A stretch of 64,000 bases of DNA from Eledone cirrhosa (lineage: Eukaryota): contig OZ024753.1 of assembly GCA_964016885.1 (NCBI GenBank), positions 22,444,001-22,508,000 of the forward strand, written 5' to 3'. The translations under genes were made by a program, and so were the position numbers. Below, piece after piece: positions 53,488-64,000 of the stretch. Below the pieces are notes generated by a model. It had not been told where the DNA came from. It made no database searches and saw only the letters and a program-made list of their open reading frames with translations. Every line of letters starts with the position of its first letter. Positions within the stretch are counted from its first letter, which is position 1.

Positions 53488-53886
53488 AACCATAGTGAGT
53501 ACAGTGAATTTTTTGAAATTTATTTTGAAACTTTTTCTTATTTGCTAAACCTTGATTATATATGTTCTGTCTCGTTAATTTATTAACCTGCCATTGAACC
53601 ACATTGGCATATGGTTGGACAATACATGTGTCCCTGGACGCTTTTTGCGTGTATTGATATATACTTTATTATTATTATTCTCCTCTTGGTCGAGATAAAA
53701 TTTGGTCGTTTTGACTGCTGCTATTTATAGTGGTAGTAGACTGACCTCGCTACCTCTGCTTCTATCTTTACACACGGCACTGGACAGAATTGCTTCCACA
53801 TCATTCATTCTCATTTCGGGAACAATTTTGAATAGCGCCATTTCGTAATTTGAACTCGGGAATTTTATATTCTCTGAGTGAAAAGA

Positions 53887-53973
53887 ACCTTCTGACGAGA
53901 GTTTATCTTTAAAATGGAAGGCCGCAAGGACTGTCCATTTATTTTTGAGACTCAAACCCGATTCGGTAAAGGT
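53887..53973 (+). ncRNA. Hammerhead ribozyme copy with mutated core (GAAA replaced by AAAC)
   Basis: Same as 53401-53487 except actcAAACccgattcgg instead of actcGAAAccgattcgg. Confidence 0.75.
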
Positions 53974-54319
53974 AACCATAGTGAGTACAGTGAATCTTTT
54001 CAAATTTATTTTGAAACTTTTTCTTATCTGCTAAACCTTGATTATATATGTTCTGGCTCGTTAATTTATTAACTAGCCATTGAACCACATTGGCATATGG
54101 TTGGACAATACATGTGTCCTTGGACGCTTTTTGCGTGTAGGGATATATACTTTATATATATATATATATATAAGTAGAAGGGATATTTAATTTGTTGGAA
54201 ATCCAACAAATATAAATCTTTATAACTGATTCAGAGCACTCGACAGTGTTTGGTGTAAATATTCAATGATATTAAATAAATGGAAACTATTTATAAAGCC
54301 ATATTTATTCTATTATATA

Positions 54320-55067
54320 TATTTCAAGGGTACCAAAGAAACTTATTATTTGGTATTCACCCCCATTATCATTAAGCGTTAAAACACCTTTAGCAAACCT
54401 ATTCTTTAAAGCACTAGACAAATGTTTTCCTAAAGCCCACATATACCACTCAATCTTTAATAGACATACTATAAAACTATCATACTCTACTACTATGAAC
54501 ATAGCTCAAAATATAAATAGAATTAATAATAGAAACTTAAATTTTAACCCTAACCAAAATAACCATAATAGCAATAATAATATTCCTAGCAATATCCAAC
54601 CTAATAGTACCGTTCTGAGCAACAACAACTCCGTAAAATGTAACTGTAGAATCAAATCAAATTGCCCTTTTCAAAATAAGTGTTTAGATAAAAACGTAGT
54701 CTATAAATGCACAGTTAAAACTAGTGAAAATATATTTAACTATGTCGGTGCCACTTCTACAGAATTTCAAGTTCGCTGGAATAACCACAATCACTCTTTT
54801 AAAAGATCTGATAAAAAATCTTCTACTTCCCTTTTACACCTTATATGGAACTTAAAAAGCAAGAATATAGACTATTCTATATCTTGGAAAACGATTTCGA
54901 AAGCACCTGCATACCGAAACACGGCTTTATCAAGATTCTGTCAATTGTGTATTGAAGAAATTTTTTATATAATTAACTGTCAAAACTCTATTAATCTCAG
55001 AACAGAATTATTTAGTTCCTGCAGACATCGCCAGATTTCTACATTCAGAACAATATATAACTTATAA
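54320..55067 (+). pseudogene. Penelope-like element 3' fragment: Cys-rich linker and GIY-YIG endonuclease
   Basis: IIWYSPP..IFNRHTIKLSYST upstream in frame; CNCR..CP...C, VVYKC..YVG, F..RW.NH, CQLC.EE, N.R.EL...CRH. No RT core is present. Confidence 0.88.
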
Positions 55068-56195
55068 TATACTTATAATATTACTATTAATCTCCAAAAT
55101 AATCCTATCTGCTTTAACAATTTATATTTTTAATATATTGATATCTCTAAATCCTATCTCTAATATTTGTAGTACTTACACCTTATAATATATCCGTATG
55201 TATATAATTCTAATTTTTAAATTTAAATTTAAATTTTTTAATTTTTTCCAATTTTTTTAATTTCTTAATTCTTTATTAAGTACAACGACATCCTCTAAAG
55301 CTATTCTTTAAACGTAGATTAATAACCATTAACTGATTTTAGCAAAATGTATCCTAAACATTCATATTTCTTTCGACTAAATAATTAAGTAATCTCACAC
55401 TAACGATTAACAAATAAAATCGGAGTTATCTTTTCTTTTTCATTCATATAAATATTATACCTAACTCCGTTAATTTAATTTAAAACATTCTCAATTTTAA
55501 CTACATATTTATTTACATAAAATACAAAATCGACACCCTCGTAACTCATATTAGAACAACCACATAAAACCTGAACTTCCTATTTATTTATTTATTTATT
55601 TATTTATCTACTTAAAACACAAAATCACCTTCCTTCGTTACTCATATTATAAACAACTAATAATTGTAAATTATCCTTTTAATAAAATACATATGCTATT
55701 AAAATATATATAGATATAATAAGATAAATACTTAGAAACATAATTCTCCATATAAATATATACATAGATAAACGTTCGAATATATTTCCCCCAAATTAAC
55801 GTTATATGTGGTCTTCCTTTTCCTTTTCCTTCTTCTTATTTTTCCTTTTCTTTTTTCCTTCTCTTTCTTTCTCTCTTATTATTATATATCTGAACTTTCC
55901 ATAGCGTTTAAAAGAACGGTTTTTCAATCATATAGCTCAACCTTATTTACATATTCATTTGCATATTCATCCATAAGTTTGAAATATCCGTTCTATAATT
56001 TCACTACCCAAGGAATATTCAACATATAAGGTATGTTTTTCCTTGGCTATGTCAACATTTATAAAACACACTTTGTATTTCATCTGTTGAAAGCGTACCC
56101 TTGAAATATATATAATATAATAAATATGGTTTTATAAATATAGTTTCCATTTATTTAATATTATTGTATATATAAATATTTATATATATACATAC

Positions 56196-58777
56196 GTCTT
56201 ATGTCCATGAGAATTCTGCTGGACAAAGGAAGATATGCGACCCTGGTGAGTGTGTATGCTCCAACTATGAATTCTGTCGATGAAAATAAAGTGTCTTTCT
56301 ACCATGCCTTGAAAGAAATATCCCTCAGGCAGACAAGCTCATTGTGCTTGGCGACTTTAATGCTAGAGTGGGTAGGGATTTTAAAACATGAAATGGAATC
56401 GGAAGGCATGGGGTGGGCAAGTGTAACAACAATAGTATGCTCCTGCAGCAGATGTGTGAGGAACTGGATCTGTGTGTTACCAACACCGTGTTCCAGCAAA
56501 AGAATAAATTTAAGAGCACGTGGATGCATCCTCCATCTAAGGAATGGCATCTTTTGAACTACGTCCTTGTCAGACGGGATATGCAGTGTGTTCGTGTTCT
56601 TCGTGGGGCTGAGTGCTGGACGGGCCATCCCCTGGAACGCACGAAAGTGAAACTAATCACGAAACGTAAAATCCAGGCTCCTGGTGTTACCCTGCCTAGG
56701 AGACTGTATGCTGCTCGTCTTAGAGATAATAATGTGATGAGGACATTGCGAGAAGAGATGCAGATTGCAGATTTTGGTGAGGATTGGCCGACTCTTAAAA
56801 AATTGGTTTATGATGTAGGCAGGCGTGTTCTGAGATTGGTGTAAAGAAAGCATCAAGACTGGTTTAATGAAAATAATTGTTTCTACTTTTGGCACAAGGC
56901 CAGCAATTATCGCAGTGTATTACTGGTTCTTTATTTTATCGACCCCGTAAGGATGAAAGGCAAAATTAACCTTGCTTTAATGAAAATAATGAATATATAG
57001 ATGATTTGTTGGCTGATAAGAGGCATGTTCTGTCATGCTACTTGGCAACAAAACCACAGGAGAAGAATATGTTGCATAAATAACTCAAGGATGAGAAATC
57101 CCGTGTGAGGCGGAGATTTCTTCGATCTCATTCCTGAAAAACCTGTGAAAGTAGCTCTGGCAGAACCACCGACGCTTGTGGAGGTTGCAGTAGCTATCTC
57201 GAAGCTGAACAGTTGAAGGTCTCCAGGTATCGATGGCATACATGCAGAGTTCCTACAATATTGTGGTGAGAGACTTCTGCAACATCTTCACTCTTTGTTT
57301 GGCAGGATATGGGCTAGTGAATCGTACCTGAGGACTGGAGAGATGCAGTAATGGTAATCTCATACAAGGGAAAGGGTAACAAGAATGATTGTGGAAACTA
57401 CAGAGGTATATCATTGCTTTCTGTCGTATAAAAATGTTTATGTAGGGTGTTTCTGGACCGTCTGCTGACACACATTGCAGATTGTGTTCTTCCTGAAAGT
57501 CAATCTGGTTTTCGTGCTGGACGCAGCACTACTTATATAATCTTCTCTGCTAGACAGCTCCAGGAGAAGTGCATGGAACAAGGTTTGGATCTGTATCAGG
57601 TTTTTATCGATCTGATAAAAGCTTTCGATACTGTTAACAGAAATACATTGTGGAAGGTTCTCCATAAACTTGGTTGCCCTGATAAGTTCTTTGCTTTGGT
57701 TAGGTCTTTCCATGACGACATGAAGGCTTCGGTTAATGTCGCAGCCTATCTCAGTAAAAAATGGAGTGAAAAAGGGGGATATTCCAGCACCAACCCTGTT
57801 TGGCATATACTTTGCAATGGTTTTCTGTATTGCATTCAGGAATTGCCAGCATGGTGTTTACATCCAATATCGAACCCCTGGCAGCATATTTGACATCAGG
57901 TACTTTGCTACAAAAACAAAAAAATATTTACATCAATCATAAGCAGATGATTGCGATCTTGTAGCGCACACAGAGAGTGATATGCAGCACATTTTGAATG
58001 CATTTTCTGATGCTTGCACTACCCTAGGATTGACTGTCAGTCTCAAGAAAACCGTCGTCATATACCAACCTGCCCCAGGTAAGCAGTACAGTGAGCCAAA
58101 TATCTATGTGCATGGTAAACGACTTGGAGTGGTTGACCAGTTTGTCTACCTGTGAAGCACTGTCAATCGATACAGCAACCTTGATAATGAAATTCCACTC
58201 AGGATTAGGAAAGCAAGTGATGCTTTCGGAAAGCTAGAAAGGCGACTCTGGGGTCGGTGAGACATATTCAAGAATACAAAAGGTGTACAAGGCATGTGTG
58301 CTCTCTTCACTTCTTTATTCCGGCGAGACCTGGCTAACATATCGACACCACCTTAAACAATTGGATCATTTCCACCAGATGTGTCTCAGACGGATCCATG
58401 GTGTTCACTGGAGGGACCACATTAGTGATGTCGAGATTTTGGAATACTCTCTGTGGGACATGGTCACCTCGTCCGGATGAAGGATTCTAGAATACCGAAA
58501 CAACTCTTTTATGGAGAATTAGTTAAAGGAAAACGACCTCCACATAAACTAAAAAAGAGGTATAAGGATTCCTTGAAAGCCTCTTTGAAAGACGCTAACA
58601 TCTCTGCTGATACATGGGAAAGCGTAGCTGCTGATCGTAATAAATGGAGACTATACATGAGGGGAAAGTTGCTTTTAAAGCATCTAGAATCGCATACGAG
58701 AAAGTAAAAAGGGATGTGAGGAAGGGCATTGCTGTTACATTTCCAGACAGCAAAGGTCCTCCTATGGCGCTGACATG
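56196..58777 (+). pseudogene. Decayed RTE-clade LINE (APE + RT) with many frameshifts and deletions
   Basis: VSVYAPT, GDFNARVG, TWMHP.SK.WH, NYRGISLLS, PESQSGFRAGRST, FIDL.KAFDTV, YADD reading TAA-GCA-GAT-GAT at 57939, LLYSGETW, GHLVRM.D.RIPKQLFYGEL. Confidence 0.92.
56878..56975 (-). mobile_element. 5'-truncated SINE inserted in the RTE copy, with 15-bp target-site duplication
   Basis: Reverse complement matches the SINE 3' half; TTTAATGAAAATAAT at 56863-56877 and 56976-56990. Confidence 0.9.
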
Positions 58778-58856
58778 TATATATTTAATTTCAATTACCT
58801 CTGTATTTTATTTACTTTATTCTTAACTCTGAAGCCGAGAATCATTCGGTTTCCTA

Positions 58857-59136
58857 AATAGAATGTTAGTCTACGTCTTCATTTATACCATTTACGTGAT
58901 TTTGTCTTTGCGTGTAATTGTTCTCATTGCTCCACACCATGACGTATTATCTTCGTTTTTTTTTGTTCATTGCCAGAGAACGTCTCCATGAACCACCTAA
59001 TAGAAAATTAGTCTACGACTTCATTTATACCATAAACGTGGTTTTGTCTTCGCGTGTAATTGTTTTCACTGCACCAAATAATGACGTATTATCTTCGTTT
59101 TTTCCGTTCTTTGCCCGGGAACGTTTCCACGAACCA
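58857..59136. repeat. Two diverged tandem copies of a ~142-bp unit
   Basis: ttagtctacg at 58866 and 59008, with colinear similarity across the unit. Confidence 0.85.
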
Positions 59137-59373
59137 AAGTATCGTCTTCCTGTCTTCCTTCTTTTGCAACGTTTTTTTTAAATATTTACTTCTGCGTTCA
59201 CAGATTGACTTTTTTAGTTTCAGAAGATCCCGTTAAGGATGAAATCAGCGATTCTTTGCTTAAACTTTAATCTGTTATTTTAATAAATATTTGCTCTACG
59301 GTTCTTATATATCTGATATATATTTATCCGCATCTAGCCCTCTTTGGATTTTAGTCTTCAAATTTATTATTAT

Positions 59374-59460
<87 letters not shown>

Positions 59461-59461
<1 letters not shown>

Positions 59462-59677
59462 TATATTGAGTTAGAAACTCAAAATAGTTTTTTACAATTA
59501 AATAGCTCAAGGAAGAGAATCTTTCCGAGCCGTGTAATACAATTGAATATATGGGAGGGATGAACACCAATACAAGTATACATGTGTTCAAATTGCAAAT
59601 GACCAAGTTGGCTAGGTTGTAAAATACTAATTTAAAACAATATGGTTTGCCTGTCTTGAGTTTCTAACTCAACATAT
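59461..59677. mobile_element. Candidate MITE
   Basis: 17-bp perfect inverted repeat TTGAGTTAGAAACTCAA (59466-59482) and TTGAGTTTCTAACTCAA (59656-59672), flanked by ATAT. Confidence 0.5.
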
Positions 59678-59927
59678 GATATTCTCGGCTCCATACGTAG
59701 AGCTAACTTTAGTCCCATAAAAGCGGTTGCTATTTTTAGCGGCACGAGTATGAGACGCGTTAGCCGCTGTAACATACATGTGCTTTTACCAACCCAGTTC
59801 AGTCTTCTTAAATCTTTTTGAAGTGAAAGGCACGAATTTCCTGGATACCCGCAAAGAGCACAAGAATGGTGACCTTCACTTAATAATTGTTGCGAAACAG
59901 ATTTAGATCTGTCCGGGTATCAAACGG

Positions 59928-60006
<79 letters not shown>

Positions 60007-60059
60007 GTGTGTGTGAGTGTGTGTATAAATATATACATACATATATAGCCCAACCAATG

Positions 60060-60298
60060 ATCTAACATGTCCTGCAAAGAGTTGGCAACCAAAACATTCA
60101 CCGGGAATAGCCGGCTGTGGTTGGAGTTCATGTACTTTTGGATGTCGTTTGAGCGCTCCTTCTGAGTTACATTCTCTACCACATGCTTGACAGGAATGAT
60201 GAGTAGCATCTCCAACAGCAGCCTGGTTTTCAACCACTGGTCTCACTTTATGACTATGAAGATGACTTTCGAATCCAGTTTTGCATGTCAGCGCCATA
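60060..60298 (-). pseudogene. Inverted C-terminal (zinc-finger) continuation of the RTE copy
   Basis: Starts with the same MALTC codons at which the plus-strand RTE stops; CQACGREC..GALKRH.KVH finger. Confidence 0.75.
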
Positions 60299-60907
60299 TA
60301 TCCCTAATATTATTCATCATGTTCTCTCTATTTTATTGTCTCTATTATCGTTGTTATTATTGTCTTATTTATACACTATTTGTTATTGATGTTGTGAAAA
60401 CTAAACCCCCATGATTCGAATTAACAATTCCAACTTTTAGAATAGGCCACTTAAATAACGAATCTACAACTTCACTTAACACCACATAAAAACTATATAT
60501 TTCTTTGCACCCACCATATCATTCTCACTAAATTAATACAACGAAAATGCTTATTTGCCAAACAATAAATAAATCTCCGGTTTATTGCCAGCGTGCTTTC
60601 AGACCTACAGCCAACGCATATACCTCATACATCCTGACTCCAAGTACATATTATCAGTTATCTCTTCACCACCTTAACACTACATCTAATGTACCCTATA
60701 GCAGTTTTCACATGTCAATTTCATACATCTGTATCATATCAGTTCGTTTAATATGCTAGATTCATCATTATACTCTATTTCTTATTTATATTGATGTTAT
60801 TATTTTAACTATTCAGTATCTAGTTATTTTATTATTGATATTATTGTTCTGGTTTAATACCACTCCTCTATAAAAGCCATGCCTTGTGTATCTTCCTCAC
60901 TTTCGCG

Positions 60908-61017
60908 TGCTCTGATGATAACGACTATTTATAATCAAAGTATTGGAGATCGATTGGCGCAAAATCAAGCGAGTAGCGAACTCTAGACCTACCAGATCAA
61001 AGAAACAATTGTCAGCA
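60908..61017 (+). ncRNA. Type I hammerhead ribozyme candidate (second family)
   Basis: Stem I UGCU/AGCA; CUGAUGA at 60912-60918; GAAA at 61002-61005; palindromic CAAUUG stem III; GUC triplet; AATAAA just downstream. The base of stem II pairs poorly. Confidence 0.6.
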
Positions 61018-62283
61018 ATGTGAATAAAGTCCTTATTGTATAGCAAACCATGTCACTCTTCTTTCTTGAATTATTATTACTCCAAGTTTAATCTACATAG
61101 AAATCACCGCGAACTTGCAGCATCACTATGGAAACGTCTTGTTGAGTCAAACTAAGCCACACGTTAATATCATCCACTACACGGAGTACTCTAACTGGAC
61201 TACATCTAAGTGGACTGCCTATAACGATAACCTGTTATCCCGTATATATATATATTCGCTGTTTAGTTTATGCCCGATACATATTCTTAGTTGTAATACT
61301 GAGAGAATATATTACCTCGGTGTAAGCAATTTATATAGACTTTCTGAAAGATCTTATTGATTTATTGATAAAATATTGATCTCTCTCCCCCTTAATAAGT
61401 CGTGTAGTGTAAGGCAATAAAAAATGTAAAAATAATGGAAATAAATATTTTCAATGAAATCTCGTAGAAATGGCCGCCTTTGTCGGCTGCTCAGTTGTTA
61501 ACCGTGTTAAACGTATTTTTTCTGTAGAGTGCAGGATTTAGACAATGGCTGATGTTCTAAGTTATGAGATCTTTTAGAGCAAGATTTGGCAATTATTATC
61601 CGACAATGAGGAACCCTACGAGTTGGCTGGCGTGGCTATTAAAGCAGCTGTCGCAGGTTGTTGTCCGCAGAATTACCTTTGCCAGACCATGATGTGTAGT
61701 CGAAATACCGCTCTAACCTAGATGTAGAATCTGTCACCTTCCCCCCTTCGCCATTTCTTTCGTTGCTCAATAATCTTTGCCCTTTCCCTCCTTTTCCTCA
61801 CCTTTATAGTACTTTACAATGCCACATTCTTTTATTTTATGTTTCACTAAATATTAAATAATTTATTATTTCTATGTAATTTTATCCTAGAAATAAAGGA
61901 ACATTATGTTAAAAAATTTTTTTTAGATACCATAAAATCTATTAAGAATCGATATTTAAGCAAAATTATAAAATAACCAAATTCTATACTATTGTGTAGG
62001 TAATGATAATCATCCGGTTTCATTTATTAGATTATTTTTAATTCGGTTAATTGTGTAAACTCATTACTTGAATATAAAGTATAATAGATTTCTAAGGTCC
62101 AACGACTTAAAGTTATGCAACAATTCAGCCTCGTTTCTAGAAAACAGAACCTTTTTTTTAAATAATCGAAAATACTGCTTTTTTTAGGCGTAACGGAAAA
62201 CAGGAGAAAGCCTATATTACACTTCTGCAGAGCAATTGGAGAACTAACCTGGGAATATTTTAGACATTCCTTCAGAATAAATG

Positions 62284-62443
62284 TACGAGGCACGGCTGAA
62301 AAGTTCATAGGCTGACTATGGAGGAAAGATGCATTAGTTTCAACCTGGGTTGTTTCTTTCTAGGAACTATGTTGAAAAATAAACACCATTTAGTTATTAC
62401 ATGAGAGTATCTTAGTCAGCCTATAAACTTTTCAGACGACTCT
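62284..62443 (+). mobile_element. MITE with mariner-like TIRs
   Basis: tacgaggcacggctgaaaagttcataggctgact and agtcagcctataaacttttcagacgactc; the interior matches the reverse complement of 19512-19692 (catgagagtatctt.gtcagccta). Confidence 0.75.
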
Positions 62444-62902
62444 CCTTCGACTGCTTCTGTATTGCTTTTGTATATTAACAATAAACATACAAAAATACAT
62501 ACACGCATACACACATACACACTCACACACACACACATACTCACTCACACACATATAAACACGCACACACTCTCTCTCTCACTCACTCTCACACACACAC
62601 ATACATATACACAGACTACCCTGTACTCCCTGCAAGCTAACTAATAACCATCTGCCTGGTAACTAGATTTAATAGAAATGGCAGGTAAATTACACCTACC
62701 ACTTTCACAAAAGAATAAACTGCGGAAGGAGGCAAATACGACCTCATCCCGAGATTTGGCGGCAATCGACTAGGACCAGAAACTGGTCAACAAAAGTGGG
62801 AAGGATGAATTGATAGATGAAATTCATTGGAGCACTTTGGCTTCTAATTGTAAGTTACACACACACATACACACACACACACACACACAGACACACACAC
62901 AG

Positions 62903-62934
<32 letters not shown>

Positions 62935-63074
62935 GTAGTTATGTAATAAACAACATAAGATAATTATTTCATTTACCAGTGGTTTCTTGAAGGCAGATGT
63001 TATATATATATGTATACACACACACATACGTATGTATATATTAATAATTAACGGTGAATCGATTGAATGTGGCT

Positions 63075-63362
63075 TTTTAGCAACCAAAACATTTACTGGC
63101 AATAGCCGGCTGTGGTTGGACTTCATGTTCTTTTGCATGTCGTTTGAGGCCTCCCAGAGTCGCCTTTCAAGCTTTCCAAAAGCATCACTTGCTTTCCTAA
63201 TCCTAAGTGAGATTTCACTGACAAGTTTGCTGTATCGATTGACAGTGCTTCGCAGGTAGACAAACTGATCAACCACTCCATTTTACCATACACAGATATT
63301 TGGTTCTGTGTACTGCTTACCAGGGGCAGGTTGGTACATGACGACGGTTTTCTTGAGACTGA
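63075..63362 (-). pseudogene. Internally deleted fragment of the same RTE family
   Basis: Reverse complement matches ~58035-58252, then jumps to sequence matching ~60083-60155. Confidence 0.85.
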
Positions 63363-63375
63363 TATTCCCTGTGTG

Positions 63376-64000
63376 ATAATCAAAAACTCACACCCAGGGA
63401 AATTGCCCAGCAGTACTGCAGTGAATCCATGGATGAAAAACTGTATGCTTATCAGCAAAACATCATGCATGAATATGTTGGCAGGAAGCTCCAGAGTGAG
63501 AGTAATATAGATAAGGAAAGTAGTCTATCTTGGACCAACAACCGCTATTTTGGCTCCCACTTTTGCAATCCAAAAACACCAAATCAACACGAAATACCTG
63601 ATTTACAAAAGAGATAGAGATGCAGGCAAAACATAAAAGAAGGCATGAACAGTAGTGGGATTTAGCTGCCCAGCAGATGCCAATATGATATCAAAGAATA
63701 GCGAAAAGAAGAATATTTATGCAGAACTAATGAGACATCTGCAGATACTCCACCCTGATTACACCTTCAGATTTATACCTGTGATTATTAGGACACTGGG
63801 ATATGTTAGTAACTGCCTTAATACAAATCTTGAGAAGCTAGGCTTCACAGGAACAGAAAGAACACAACTAGTTAAGAGTACAATCCATTAATGGGATATT
63901 AAAAATATGTAAAACATTCCTACCATTCTGCATCTAATAAGTGCATATACACATGTACAGATACAAAGCATATGCACATCCACACATACAACTCAAAACA
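63376..64000 (+). pseudogene. Third copy of the (CATA)-associated R4-like 3' fragment, internally deleted, runs off the window
   Basis: MDEKLYAYQQNIMHEYV.RKLQSESNIDKESSLSWTNNRY and SCPAD.N.ISK..EK.NIYAELMR match the 15.5-16.6 kb copy; about 300 bp including the CCHC/RHD/PD motifs is missing. Confidence 0.88.

Larger units (their letters stand above)
53316..54152 (+). repeat. Tandem ~486-bp unit (about 1.7 copies), Penelope pseudo-LTR or retrozyme-like
   Basis: 53316-53667 repeats at 53797-54152 with few differences; each copy has a hammerhead motif; an inverted partial copy abuts the left end. Confidence 0.85.

Noticed and set aside
59215-59262. Further hammerhead-like words (cagaaga...gaaa here; minus-strand ctgataga...gaaa near 52995-53026)
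   Set aside because: The cores deviate and stems I and III do not pair convincingly.
61440-62308. Possible host exon or DNA-transposon fragment
   Set aside because: No recognisable domain, termini or supportable splice structure.

Overview
Eukaryotic, repeat-dominated DNA with no host protein-coding gene that I can support. The SINE family and the microsatellite landscape resemble cephalopod (Octopus-like) genomes; that assignment is recalled, not searched. 1-11.8 kb is a cluster of non-LTR retroelements joined by (TTA)n tracts: an ORF-intact Tx1/L1-clade LINE, an ORF-intact R4/Dong-type LINE in the opposite orientation, a dead Tx1 copy and tRNA-derived SINEs. It is followed by a 16-bp minisatellite (11.85-14.49 kb), R4-like and RTE-like fragments sitting in (TATG)n and (TA)n, and a ~32-kb 28/29-bp satellite with kilobase-scale higher-order duplications (19.8-51.8 kb). 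The last 12 kb hold Penelope-like remains with hammerhead ribozyme motifs, a decayed RTE LINE broken by an inversion, and MITEs. The most interesting signals are (i) type I hammerhead ribozymes, including a ~486-nt tandem unit resembling a retrozyme or Penelope pseudo-LTR, (ii) a CCTTGTG-N8-AGAAA-NN-(ATT)n terminus shared by the Tx1 LINE and the SINEs, and (iii) each LINE family being tied to a different microsatellite. Most short ORFs in the track are artefacts of repeats.
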